Below are positions 9,407 through 17,598 of a stretch of 45,595 nucleotides of DNA, one piece after another (position 1 is the stretch's first letter; the number at the start of each line of letters is the position of its first letter). The position numbers and the translations under genes were made by a program. The DNA comes from Rhodoferax sp. (GTDB taxonomy: Bacteria > Pseudomonadota > Gammaproteobacteria > Burkholderiales > Burkholderiaceae_C). The stretch is taken from positions 1 through 45,595 of the forward strand of contig JAQGMQ010000331.1 in the NCBI GenBank assembly GCA_028292305.1. The letters run 5' to 3'. Under the pieces are notes generated by a model that ran no database searches, was not told the origin of the DNA, and was given only the letters and a program-made list of their open reading frames with translations.

Positions 9407-9422
9407 ATATCACCATTCCGGT
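9407..9422. promoter_or_regulatory. OR-like operator in the Cro promoter
   Basis: ATATCACCATTCCGGT; an exact inverted copy lies at 10242-10257. It sits within a minus-strand TTGACG-17-GATATT promoter. Confidence 0.7.
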
Positions 9423-9492
9423 AAGCCGCGTCAACGGTCAACTTACCAATTTGGCCTATTGCTCACCGCACGCTGAATTGAGACGTAGCGTT

Positions 9493-9945
9493 ATGCCAAA
9501 CGAATTAAAGAATCTGCGAAAAAGTAAGGGCCTGACTCAACAGGAGTTGGCCGACCTGCTGGGCACATCAGCCCAGCAGGTTTCGCGCCTGGAGAGTGGC
9601 AGTCGGAAGTTAAGTCACGACTGGATGATTAAACTAGCCGCAGCACTAAAGGTGAAACCGGCCGACTTAATAGAGCCCGTCGCTAACCGGCAGCAGCCCG
9701 TTGCGGACAGCCCAGCGGTCCATCAACCGCAACAATTTAGCACGGTCGCCAATATTGAGCGGACCGCAGGCCACTCGGTTGCTGCTCATGCTCTTAGTGC
9801 GCAGGAAGAGTACCTTCTCCCCCTTAGCCCCGAGGAAATCGCTCTGCTTCGTCTTTGGCGGCAGATGTCCATCGATCTGCGGTTTAAGCTGTTTCGGGAA
9901 GCGGCCACGGGCGTCGATGATGCTCGCGGGCCGAAAGGCGTCTAA
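9493..9945 (+). CDS. CI-like XRE repressor (no S24 peptidase domain)
   Basis: LKNLRKSKGLTQQELADLLGTSAQQVSRLESG HTH; 150 aa. Confidence 0.85.
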   Translation: MPNELKNLRKSKGLTQQELADLLGTSAQQVSRLESGSRKLSHDWMIKLAAALKVKPADLIEPVANRQQPVADSPAVHQPQQFSTVANIERTAGHSVAAHALSAQEEYLLPLSPEEIALLRLWRQMSIDLRFKLFREAATGVDDARGPKGV

Positions 9946-10189
9946 AAACCGGACGCGTGTGATGGACTCCGACAACTTTCACGTCCTCCCTACCGTGACG
10001 GGATCTTGATCTCCCATTTCTAGGCTTAACATACATCGGATTCTCCGCAATGGCCCTGCGGTGATATCCCCGGTGAATTCACCTCAACGCGGTAACACAA
10101 CTGTCACTTTATGTTGCTCTTTTTGTTTATGTGACATTCCGTAACCGGGCGAAACCAGAATAAACCGGGATGTTACGTACAAAATAGAT

Positions 10190-10260
10190 TTACCGAATTG
10201 GCGATAATCGTCGGAAATCCTCCGTTTTGGCCTTGCGTATCACCGGAATGGTGATATCTT
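10190..10260. promoter_or_regulatory. OL-like operators and PL-like promoter
   Basis: Near-palindrome TATCACCGGAATGGTGATA between TTGCGT and TATCTT; a second site TTACCGAATTGGCG resembles TTACCAATTTGGC at 9443. Confidence 0.65.
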
Positions 10261-10287
10261 TCTCTCCACCAGCAACGGAGGGATCAG

Positions 10288-10518
10288 ATGTCAAACCTGC
10301 CCGACCACCTTTCCAGCTTCGCCACCCTTGAAGACGCCGACGATGCCAGCGCCGACGCACTGCGGGCCGCCATCCAGCACGTCATCGATTTCAGGCTGCG
10401 CCAGACCTATTACCTGAACAACGACGGCCCTGTGCCCGGCTGTGACGAGCGCCGCTTTGTCCAGATACTGACGGAACTCATGCCGCCCGATGGCTCCGCG
10501 ATGGAGTGCCGGGCATGA
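10288..10518 (+). CDS. Hypothetical early protein
   Basis: GGAGG RBS; first gene of the rightward early operon. Confidence 0.55.
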   Translation: MSNLPDHLSSFATLEDADDASADALRAAIQHVIDFRLRQTYYLNNDGPVPGCDERRFVQILTELMPPDGSAMECRA

Positions 10519-10856
10519 TCACGCACAGCATGGATGCCGTCTGCGAGGCCCGCGACGACGAACTCGACATGGTGATGTTCCGCGCCGAGGTCCGCATCTT
10601 CTACGAGTTCATCGAGGGTGGCGGCGACGGTTGCAACGAGCCGCGATACAACGACGAGTTCGCATTCACCTGCGCCCTTCGCACCGACGTGACGCCGCAC
10701 CAGCGCATTACCGAGGGGCCGCTGCTGGCTTGGGCTGAACAGTATTTCGAGGCGAACAAGCCCGACGTTGCGGAGTTCGGCCAACCTGATCCTGACGAGG
10801 CGCGTGACCGGGCGTTCGATATGGAACCGGTCATGCGGTGGAGTGCGGTGGGATGA
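10515..10856 (+). CDS. Hypothetical acidic early protein
   Basis: ATGA-coupled; Asp/Glu-rich. Confidence 0.55.
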   Translation: MITHSMDAVCEARDDELDMVMFRAEVRIFYEFIEGGGDGCNEPRYNDEFAFTCALRTDVTPHQRITEGPLLAWAEQYFEANKPDVAEFGQPDPDEARDRAFDMEPVMRWSAVG

Positions 10857-11107
10857 GCCGCCCCGTTTGCTACGACCGTGTGATGTTCGTGGAGGGATTG
10901 GAGGCGTCAATCCTGATCAAGATGGACATCGCATCCAGCACGTTCACCACTTTCCGCACGGTCGATGAGGTCCGCGAGTTGATCCGGCACATGCAGGTCG
11001 CTTGCGATCAGGCCGAGGCTGCGGAGGCTGAAAAGCGCGGCGAGGTGGTTCACGTTAACTTCGCCGTGGATCCGGGTGTCCTGGCTTACGAGGTGTCGGC
11101 GCCATGA
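10853..11107 (+). CDS. Hypothetical protein
   Basis: ATGA-coupled ORF. Confidence 0.5.
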   Translation: MSRPVCYDRVMFVEGLEASILIKMDIASSTFTTFRTVDEVRELIRHMQVACDQAEAAEAEKRGEVVHVNFAVDPGVLAYEVSAP

Positions 11108-11331
11108 ACGACCTCGCCGTCTGGAAGGCTTTCCACCGCCGCTTGGAGTGCATGCGGGTCAACGGGCGGATCGAAGTTGATGATCTGCTCGGGCTGCTCG
11201 ACATCGCGCGAGACGTGCGCGGCCTAGAGTTGTTCGCCAACGGCATGGTCGCCGCGGACCATGAGCGGGAGGCTGGGCTGACGGAGGCACGGTCCAACGT
11301 CGTGCCTATGGTTCGGAGGCAGCGGGCATGA
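11104..11331 (+). CDS. Hypothetical protein
   Basis: ATGA-coupled ORF. Confidence 0.5.
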   Translation: MNDLAVWKAFHRRLECMRVNGRIEVDDLLGLLDIARDVRGLELFANGMVAADHEREAGLTEARSNVVPMVRRQRA

Positions 11332-12011
11332 GTGTCAAATACCACGCCGACCTGATCCAAGGATCCGATGAGTGGTTGGCAGCCCGATGCGGCTTGCTGA
11401 CGGCAAGCGAGATGAAGCTGATCGTCACGCCCGGCACGATAAAGCCCGCCAACAACGACAAGGTTCGGGCGCACATGTTCGAACTCATGGCGCAGCGGAT
11501 CACCCGCTACGTCGAGCCGCGTTACATCGGAGACGACATGCTGCGCGGCCAGGAGGATGAAATCGAGGCGCGCATCCTCTACGCTGAACGGTATGCCCCG
11601 GTTCACGACATGGGGTTTATTACCAACAGCGAGTGGGGGTTTACGCTGGGCTTCTCACCTGATGGCTTGGTCGGTGACGACGGGTTCATTGAGTGCAAAT
11701 CCCGGCGGCAACGGTTTCAGGTCGAGACGATTGCCCGCGGCGTGATGCCCGACGACTTCATGGTGCAGGTGCAGACCGGGTTCCTCGTCTCAGGCCGGAA
11801 GTGGGCCGACTTCGTGTCGTATTCCGGTGGCCTGCCGATGGTGACGATCCGGGTTGAGCCTGACCCCAAGATCATGGACGCGATTGTCGAGGCGGCAACC
11901 GGGTTCGAAGCAAAAATGACCGAGTGGCTTGACCAATACGGCGCGCGGCTTTCGTCCGGTGCGCGGCTGATCCCGACAGAACGTCGCATCGAGCTTGAGA
12001 TGTTCGCGTGA
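11328..12011 (+). CDS. YqaJ/lambda-exonuclease family recombination nuclease
   Basis: QGSDEWLAARCGLLTASE, SPDGLVG...ECKS, QVQTG motifs. Confidence 0.9.
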   Translation: MSVKYHADLIQGSDEWLAARCGLLTASEMKLIVTPGTIKPANNDKVRAHMFELMAQRITRYVEPRYIGDDMLRGQEDEIEARILYAERYAPVHDMGFITNSEWGFTLGFSPDGLVGDDGFIECKSRRQRFQVETIARGVMPDDFMVQVQTGFLVSGRKWADFVSYSGGLPMVTIRVEPDPKIMDAIVEAATGFEAKMTEWLDQYGARLSSGARLIPTERRIELEMFA

Positions 12012-12259
12012 TGGGCGAAGCAGCAGAAGACATCTTGGACGGCACCGTGTGCGAGGGCTGCGGCGTGTTCTTTGACGACATCCTGAACAACAGTCCTGCA
12101 CCCGGTTTCCCACGCAAATGCGACCAGTGCGCGCCGGGCCAAACGCATCAGCACAAACGCCGCCAACCGAACAGCTTGGCTGTCGCGTGCCCTGGATGCG
12201 GCCGGTCTTTCAACCACAAAGGCGATATGCGGGCGCACCGCCGCGCCAAATCTCACTAA
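12008..12259 (+). CDS. Small zinc-finger protein
   Basis: MGEAAEDILDGTVCEGCG...C..C and C2H2-type CPGCGRSF...MRAHRRAKSH. Confidence 0.6.
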   Translation: MMGEAAEDILDGTVCEGCGVFFDDILNNSPAPGFPRKCDQCAPGQTHQHKRRQPNSLAVACPGCGRSFNHKGDMRAHRRAKSH

Positions 12260-12299
12260 CCCCACCCGAAGCAGGCTTAGGCCATTCAGGAAGACCAAC

Positions 12300-13151
12300 A
12301 TGAACATGCTGTCCACCATTATGCCAAAATCCGACCAGCTAAATGCGGACGAGTTGATCGGCGGTCCGCGCACGATCACCGTCACTAAGGTGTCGCTGCT
12401 GTCGGAAGAACAGCCAGTCGCAGTCCACTTCGAAGGCGATAACGGCAAGCCCTACAAGCCCGGCAAATCCATGCGTCGCGTCATGGTCATGGTATGGGGC
12501 GCTGATGCCAGCACCTACGCAGGTCGGTCTATGACGCTCTACCGCGACGACACTGTGTTGTTCGGCGGCATGGCAGTCGGGGGCATACGCATCAGCCACA
12601 TGTCGCACCTGGCAGCGGAGAAATCCATGGCGCTGACCGCGACGAAGGGTAAGAAGAGGCTGTTCACTGTGAAGCCGCTTATCGTTCAGAAGCAGGAGCC
12701 GGATGCCCCCGCCCCCGACAAGGTGGCAAAGGGTGTGGCTGAACTGGTGAAATGGCTCAAAGCGACGGGTAAGGCCGAATTCCAGCGGTGGCTGGTGGAT
12801 CCTGATGCGCTGACTAAGCGCGAATGGGTGGCAGCGAACCGGCCCGAGCTTGCCACGCAGCTAGACAAGGCCGTGGCAGACGCATCGGCGCGGTTTGGCG
12901 AGGATGAGCCTGTGCAGTCTGATGAGCCGCCGCCGAACACTGAGAATGACGAAGCCCCTGCCAGCATGTCGCCTGCGGCGTTGGCCATCATCGAGGTGGT
13001 TGAGATGGCCGAAGACATCAAGGCCCTGACCGGGTTCCTCCACAAGCCCGAGACGCAAACGGCAATCGAAGGGCTAGACGACGTTTCGCACAGCGCCGTT
13101 TCGACGGCTGTGTCCGCGGCGAAGATGGGCTTTACGCGGGTGAGGGCGTAG
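12300..13151 (+). CDS. Phage protein, probable recombination partner of YqaJ
   Basis: PKSDQLNADELIGGPRTITV...PYKPGKSMRRV...GGIRISHMS family pattern; function inferred from position. Confidence 0.55.
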   Translation: MNMLSTIMPKSDQLNADELIGGPRTITVTKVSLLSEEQPVAVHFEGDNGKPYKPGKSMRRVMVMVWGADASTYAGRSMTLYRDDTVLFGGMAVGGIRISHMSHLAAEKSMALTATKGKKRLFTVKPLIVQKQEPDAPAPDKVAKGVAELVKWLKATGKAEFQRWLVDPDALTKREWVAANRPELATQLDKAVADASARFGEDEPVQSDEPPPNTENDEAPASMSPAALAIIEVVEMAEDIKALTGFLHKPETQTAIEGLDDVSHSAVSTAVSAAKMGFTRVRA

Positions 13152-13155
13152 CGGC

Positions 13156-13836
13156 ATGAGCAACACAGCACTGGCCGAAGCGTTCAAAGACGCCGGCTAC
13201 ACGTCCGCAAACGAGCGGTTCTCCCGCGTGGTGATGAACGCCCTGCGCGAGCACCCGAAGAACTGGGACGGCGCACGCAACGCGCTACTCAAGGCGGTCC
13301 ACGGTGATGCCGGGCTGCTGTGGGAACTGTTCGAACCATTCGCCGCACAGGCGACGCAGAAGGCGTTGACCGCCGCTGCTGCCGTAGTGCGGGCGCAAGA
13401 GATGAGCCGGGTTCGCCCGGTTCATGCGGGAAGGGGCCATCTCCAGAATGCCAACCAACAAGCTGTTGCCCCCTCTCGCCAACCCAATACGCAGGCTGCC
13501 GATGGTGGCCAGCGTCAGAACGGAGGGGGCCAATTCTCCGGTGAAACCCAATCGCATCATGCCCCCTCCGCTCGCCCCCGTAGCCTAGAATCCATCGCTG
13601 CCGTCGGCGTGGTAGCGGCGCAGTCGTTGCTTGATTCTTTCTACGCCAATGGCGTGCGGCTAGGTGACTTGACCGCACCGGAGGCAATTGCTTGGTCAAA
13701 ATCTAGGGAGCGAGACACACGTTTCGTGCGACTGCTGACAGACGGACTGCCGCCAACTGGCGCGATCCGCAAATACCGCACGGCGCAGGAAGCAACAGAA
13801 TTGTATGCGTTGGCAGAGGAAGCCGCCAATGCGTGA
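13156..13836 (+). CDS. Hypothetical protein whose Gln/Gly-rich linker encodes guide-like units 1-2
   Basis: 226-aa ORF; linker peptides RGHLQNANQQAVAPS and GGQFSGETQSHHAPS coincide with stem-loop units. Confidence 0.65.
   Translation: MSNTALAEAFKDAGYTSANERFSRVVMNALREHPKNWDGARNALLKAVHGDAGLLWELFEPFAAQATQKALTAAAAVVRAQEMSRVRPVHAGRGHLQNANQQAVAPSRQPNTQAADGGQRQNGGGQFSGETQSHHAPSARPRSLESIAAVGVVAAQSLLDSFYANGVRLGDLTAPEAIAWSKSRERDTRFVRLLTDGLPPTGAIRKYRTAQEATELYALAEEAANA
13426..13479 (+). ncRNA. TIGR-like dual-spacer stem-loop unit 1
   Basis: gcgggaagggg-CCA-tctccagaa-TG-ccaa-CCA-acaagctgt-TG-ccccctctcgc; 12-bp closing stem with one mismatch and one G-U pair. Confidence 0.75.
13521..13570 (+). ncRNA. TIGR-like dual-spacer stem-loop unit 2
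   Basis: cggaggggg-CCA-attctccgg-TG-aaac-CCA-atcgcatca-TG-ccccctccg; perfect 10-bp stem. Confidence 0.8.
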
Positions 13837-14743
13837 CGAGATCGGGGGCCAGAACAGTGGTGTCTACCAGACTGATGGTGCCCCCGGCGGAGACGCGGCA
13901 GAAATGCCCGTCTCCGCACCATTCGCAGCGGAGGCCATCAATGATGTGCCGACCACTGACCCACTGCCTCCGTCTGCGATCCTATCCGAACTCTTTGAAC
14001 TCCAAGCGCAACGCAGCTTCTGCATTAAGTCGCAGAGCCGGTGCGACCGATCGACCGAGGCGCTGATTGCCCGGTCGCTCGGCTACAACAAAGAGCAAAG
14101 CGAGAAAGACCGAAAAGCCGTCTGGAAACAGGCGTCGGCCATTCGTAAGATGGTCGAGAGTGGAGAGGGCCTGAAAAAGTATGGCGACCGAAGGGACGCT
14201 GCCCTCTCCGCTTGCCTACCCATCATCCTGACTTCCGCTAGGGCGCGAGAGGGCTGGGATAATCACCGCAAGCATGTCGAGAAGCGAATGCGCAAGCTGG
14301 CGCGTAGTCTCCCCGTGTGGGCATTCGTGGAACCGATCAAGGGTTTTGGTGACCTTGGGCTAGCCATCGTCATTGCCGAGACGGGCGACCTGTCGAACTA
14401 CGCCACCAAGGAGCGGGTCTGGAAGCGGCTCGGTCTGGCCGTGATCGAAGGCGAGCGGCAACAGCGCAAGACTGGCGCCGAAGCCGCCGCCGCCCACGGA
14501 TACAGCCCGCGCCGCCGGTCGGAGATTTGGGCACTGTGTTCCGACAGCATGTTCCGGCACCAGTGGCGCGGTGAGCGGGATGACGTGCCCGCCGGTCCTG
14601 CCGGGCCATACGGCGAGGTCTACGCCCGGCGCAAGGCCAACACCGAGACGCGGGGCTGGACGCCTGGGCACCGGCATAATGATGCCCGGCGGGTCATGAC
14701 GAAAAGTCTGATTGAGGATCTGTGGAAGGCGTGGCGCGCATGA
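13829..14743 (+). CDS. IS110/Nop-domain protein without a RuvC/DEDD domain; TasA-like RNA-guided binding protein
   Basis: 304 aa. Coiled coil, then IKGFGDLGLAIVIAETGDLSNYATKERVWKRLGL (Transposase_20/Nop-like) and C-terminal GHRHNDARRVMTKSLIEDLWKAWR. No DEDD N-terminus and no IS ends. Translationally coupled within the phage operon. Confidence 0.75.
   Translation: MRDEIGGQNSGVYQTDGAPGGDAAEMPVSAPFAAEAINDVPTTDPLPPSAILSELFELQAQRSFCIKSQSRCDRSTEALIARSLGYNKEQSEKDRKAVWKQASAIRKMVESGEGLKKYGDRRDAALSACLPIILTSARAREGWDNHRKHVEKRMRKLARSLPVWAFVEPIKGFGDLGLAIVIAETGDLSNYATKERVWKRLGLAVIEGERQQRKTGAEAAAAHGYSPRRRSEIWALCSDSMFRHQWRGERDDVPAGPAGPYGEVYARRKANTETRGWTPGHRHNDARRVMTKSLIEDLWKAWRA
13843..13886 (+). ncRNA. TIGR-like dual-spacer stem-loop unit 3
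   Basis: cggggg-CCA-gaacagtgg-TG-tcta-CCA-gactgatgg-TG-cccccg; 7-bp stem. Confidence 0.8.
13923..13979 (+). ncRNA. TIGR-like dual-spacer stem-loop unit 4
   Basis: tcgcagcggagg-CCA-tcaatgatg-TG-ccga-CCA-ctgacccac-TG-cctccgtctgcga; 13-bp stem with one bulge. Confidence 0.8.
14159..14212 (+). ncRNA. TIGR-like dual-spacer stem-loop unit 5 (degenerate boxes)
   Basis: agtggagaggg-CCT-gaaaaagta-TG-gcga-CCG-aagggacgc-TG-ccctctccgct; same spacing as units 1-4, 12-bp stem. Confidence 0.65.
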
Positions 14744-14940
14744 CCAAAGTCCAATACGAACGTATGCTGCGCGTGGCCGACGTGCTGGAGAAAATCGGCA
14801 TGAGCCGGTCATGGTTGAGCAAGGAAGTCGCAGCCAAGCGGTTTCCGGCCCCTTATAAGATGGGCCGGCAAGTGGTCGCGTGGCGGGAGGCAGAGGTTGA
14901 TGAGTGGATATCAAACCTACAATCAACCCGCGCAGCGTAA
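14740..14940 (+). CDS. AlpA-family excisionase/regulator
   Basis: RMLRVADVLEKIGMSRSWL......FPAPYKMGRQVVAWREAEVDEWI. Confidence 0.9.
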   Translation: MTKVQYERMLRVADVLEKIGMSRSWLSKEVAAKRFPAPYKMGRQVVAWREAEVDEWISNLQSTRAA

Positions 14941-14947
14941 TTTAGGT

Positions 14948-15198
14948 TGGTGGGTATAATGGTGGGTGGCTGACATTCCGAACTCTCGTTTTTGCGATTA
15001 ATATCATGGCGTTGCTCCATTAATGTGACGGACACCTCGTCCGCCAGATGCCGGTTTCGAACCATCCAAATTGTCTCACAAGCCGCTGGAATCGCACTGA
15101 CTTCGGGCGAAACCTTGCCATACCTCGCCAACCCGTGTTCTACCCTTCCAACGCAATCGGTGGGTGTGGCGGCGGGTATGGAGGCCGGCATACCCGCC
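14948..15198. other. Putative intact attP site
   Basis: Core imperfect palindrome TGACGGAC-acctc-GTCCGCCA (15026-15046) ending like a tRNA 3' end (TCCGCCA). It is flanked on both sides by pairs of YGGYGGGTR arm-type direct repeats 12 bp apart (14948, 14960; 15158, 15170). Confidence 0.65.
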
Positions 15199-15214
15199 TC
15201 AATGGGATTATGCC

Positions 15215-16414
15215 GTGCCGCTTACCATAACGCAGGTCCGTGCGGCTGTGCCGCGCGAGAAAGCCTTCCGGCTACCAGATACCGGCGGATTGCATCTGTT
15301 CGTCACCGTTGCCGGGGCGAAAGTCTGGCGCATGCGCTACAAGATCGCGGGTGTCGAGAAACTATTGACGTTTGGCCGCTTCCCCGAAGTCACACTTGCT
15401 CAAGCCCGAGATGCCCGAGACGCAGCCAAGGCGCAGCTTCGCAAGGGCATTGATCCATCCGCACCGGTTGCCGCACCTAATGAGACGTTTGAAGCCATCG
15501 CGCGGGAATGGCATGCGCAGCAGAAAACCCGGTGGACGCCGATCCACGCTGACGATGTGCTTTCCAGCATGGAGGAAGGCGCCTTTGCAGCATTCGGCAA
15601 AAAGACGCCCGACCAGATTACCGTGCCTATGGTGCTAGAGACGCTGCGCAAGATCGAAGCGCGGCCGGCGATCGAGACGGCCAGGCGCGTGCGGCAGCGG
15701 CTGTCAGCAGTGTTCGTCTATGCCATCGCTACTGGCCGCGGCACCGTTGACCCCGCCGCTGTTGTGCAGAAAGCCATGGCCCCGCTGACCAAGGGGCGGC
15801 AGCCGGCACTGACCAACTTAGACGACCTCCGCAAGATGCTCGCCAAAGCCGAATCCGAGCCGGGGCACCCCACCACCCGCATGGCGCTGCGTCTGCTTGC
15901 GTTGACCGCTGTTCGCCCAGGCGAGATCCGTCATGCAGAATGGGTTGAGTTTGAAGGCTTGGATACGTCCGAGCCGGTGTGGCGCATTCCAGCCGTCCGC
16001 ATGAAGATGAAAAGGGAACATGTTGTCCCCTTGGCGCCCGCAGCCGTAGAGGTTTTGTACGCCATCAGGCCGTTTACGGGGCGAGGTCCATTGGTGTTCC
16101 CGAGTAGCAGAAGCGCGCACCAACCCATGTCAGAGAACGCTATCGGCTACATGCTAAACCGCGCTGGGTATCACCGCTTGCACGTTCCGCATGGATGGCG
16201 AGCCGGGTTCAGCAGCGTCATGAACGAGCGTTTCCCCGACGATCGTGCGGTCATTGACCTCATGCTTGCCCACGCTCCAGAGAACCGCACCGAAGCCGCT
16301 TACAACCGCGCGACGCGACTAGACCGACGCCGCGAACTTGCGCTGATTTGGGCTGACCTGTTGATGGAAGGCTTTCCGCCGGCTGCGGATATTGTGCTGA
16401 CGCCGCGGCGATAA
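15215..16414 (+). CDS. int: P4-like tyrosine integrase
   Basis: Arm-binding domain (DTGGLHLFV...WRMRY...LTFGRFPEVTLAQAR); catalytic VRPGE, MKMK, HGWR, LAH, AAY all present. Confidence 0.95.
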   Translation: MPLTITQVRAAVPREKAFRLPDTGGLHLFVTVAGAKVWRMRYKIAGVEKLLTFGRFPEVTLAQARDARDAAKAQLRKGIDPSAPVAAPNETFEAIAREWHAQQKTRWTPIHADDVLSSMEEGAFAAFGKKTPDQITVPMVLETLRKIEARPAIETARRVRQRLSAVFVYAIATGRGTVDPAAVVQKAMAPLTKGRQPALTNLDDLRKMLAKAESEPGHPTTRMALRLLALTAVRPGEIRHAEWVEFEGLDTSEPVWRIPAVRMKMKREHVVPLAPAAVEVLYAIRPFTGRGPLVFPSSRSAHQPMSENAIGYMLNRAGYHRLHVPHGWRAGFSSVMNERFPDDRAVIDLMLAHAPENRTEAAYNRATRLDRRRELALIWADLLMEGFPPAADIVLTPRR

Positions 16415-16568
16415 CCTTCAATCACATCTAGCATTTGAAACCCTTACCATATATCTTTCCTTAGACTCGCGCCGTCCACGGAGGAAACATGAAGCCGTTG
16501 CATTTCAGGTGCGAGCAGGGGATGTTCGCTTGAACCTGCTTGAGAACCACCTGAATGATGACCCTCTG

Positions 16569-16892
16569 ATGGGCCGACCACCCAAACGCATTCCAGCGCC
16601 GGGCGAACCCGATATTGAAGCCAAGCGGCCAGAAAACGCCCGCATTATCAGCGATAACCTACGCCGTCGCCGCGCCGCTTTAGGCTGGACGCAGATCGAC
16701 CTGGCCGAGAAAAGCGGCGTCTACGTCAAGACAATCGCGATGATCGAGACGGAAAACCTCAATCCGATGCTCGAAACCCTTGAGCGGTTGGCCCGAGCCG
16801 TGGACATGCCGCTGCCGGCGCTGATGACGGAACTGCCTGATTTGGTGCCGATTCCGAGGAAGAAAAAGCGGACGGTGAAGCCTAAGAGTTAA
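16569..16892 (+). CDS. XRE-family transcriptional regulator
   Basis: NLRRRRAALGWTQIDLAEKSGV....IAMIE....NPMLETLERLARA. Confidence 0.85.
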   Translation: MGRPPKRIPAPGEPDIEAKRPENARIISDNLRRRRAALGWTQIDLAEKSGVYVKTIAMIETENLNPMLETLERLARAVDMPLPALMTELPDLVPIPRKKKRTVKPKS

Positions 16893-16932
16893 TGATTTAA
16901 GGGTTGCTATAAGGTAGGCAAAACCAATATGA

Positions 16933-17589
16933 TTGCTGTATGGAAATGCAGCGACGCCCTACCGGATTCCAGCCTTGAGCGCCGTGGTCATCACGGCTGC
17001 GGCGCTGGTTCAGATCGCTGCGGCGTGCCCCGTTCAGGGCGTTCCTATCGCCCGCATGGTCAAAACGGCTGAGGTCGAAAGCGGCTTCACGACCACCAGC
17101 ATTAACGACAACACCGACCGTCGGTCTTATGCGCCTGCCAGCGTTGAAGATGCGATCGCCTTGGCGCGGCAACTGATCGCCGCCAAGCACTCCATCGACG
17201 CCGGCGTAATGCAAATCAACACCGTGAACTGGCAGCGGCTTCGGCTGACCGTCGATACCGTGTTCGATCCCCGCGCCAACATCTGTGCCGCCCAGGAGTT
17301 TTTGGCGGGGCTGTATGATGTCGAGCGGCGGGTGTCGTGTCGTTACAACACCGGGCAGGCTGCGTGCGGCAACGGGTATCCCGAGAAGATTGCCGCAGCC
17401 ACGCCAGCCCCCTTGCCTGCCCCGCCAGCGCCATCCGGCCCGACCTGGGACGTGTGGGGCCAGAGCAAACAGCCGCAGGAGCGCGAGGCATCGCCCGCTC
17501 CTGACGCCCCCAAGCCGCCGGTCAAAGCACCGGATGCTGATCCAACCGGCGTGCGCCCGGTTGCCCTTCAAGCCATCGAAATCGAATAG
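16933..17589 (+). CDS. virB1: VirB1-like lytic transglycosylase (start uncertain)
   Basis: VESGF, SIDAGVMQIN, FDPRANI, YNTG SLT motifs; first gene of the T4SS operon. Confidence 0.88.
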   Translation: MLYGNAATPYRIPALSAVVITAAALVQIAAACPVQGVPIARMVKTAEVESGFTTTSINDNTDRRSYAPASVEDAIALARQLIAAKHSIDAGVMQINTVNWQRLRLTVDTVFDPRANICAAQEFLAGLYDVERRVSCRYNTGQAACGNGYPEKIAAATPAPLPAPPAPSGPTWDVWGQSKQPQEREASPAPDAPKPPVKAPDADPTGVRPVALQAIEIE

Positions 17590-17598
17590 GAGCGGCTG

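Noticed and set aside
9518-9526. Unit-5 spacer A (GAAAAAGTA) matches the CI gene; the reverse complement of unit-4 spacer A occurs at 42618 in dcm
   Set aside because: Single 9-mer hits are expected by chance (about 0.35 per spacer over both strands) and the partner spacer does not match alongside in the expected orientation. No self-target was established by eye.
13426-14212. CRISPR array or rho-independent terminators
   Set aside because: No identical direct repeats or cas genes. Loops are about 30 nt with fixed internal boxes and there are no U-tracts.
14590-14630. Possible sixth guide unit (gccgggCCA...gcccggc hairpin)
   Set aside because: Lacks the TG-N4-CCA-N9-TG portion and encodes a likely conserved protein segment (GPYGEVYARR).
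13829-14743. IS110-family transposase / insertion sequence
   Set aside because: No N-terminal DEDD RuvC domain and no non-coding IS ends. The gene is start/stop-coupled to both neighbours in the phage operon.
15020-15065. tRNA gene
   Set aside because: Only a tRNA-like 3' end (TCCGCCA) is present; no cloverleaf can be folded. Interpreted as the att core.
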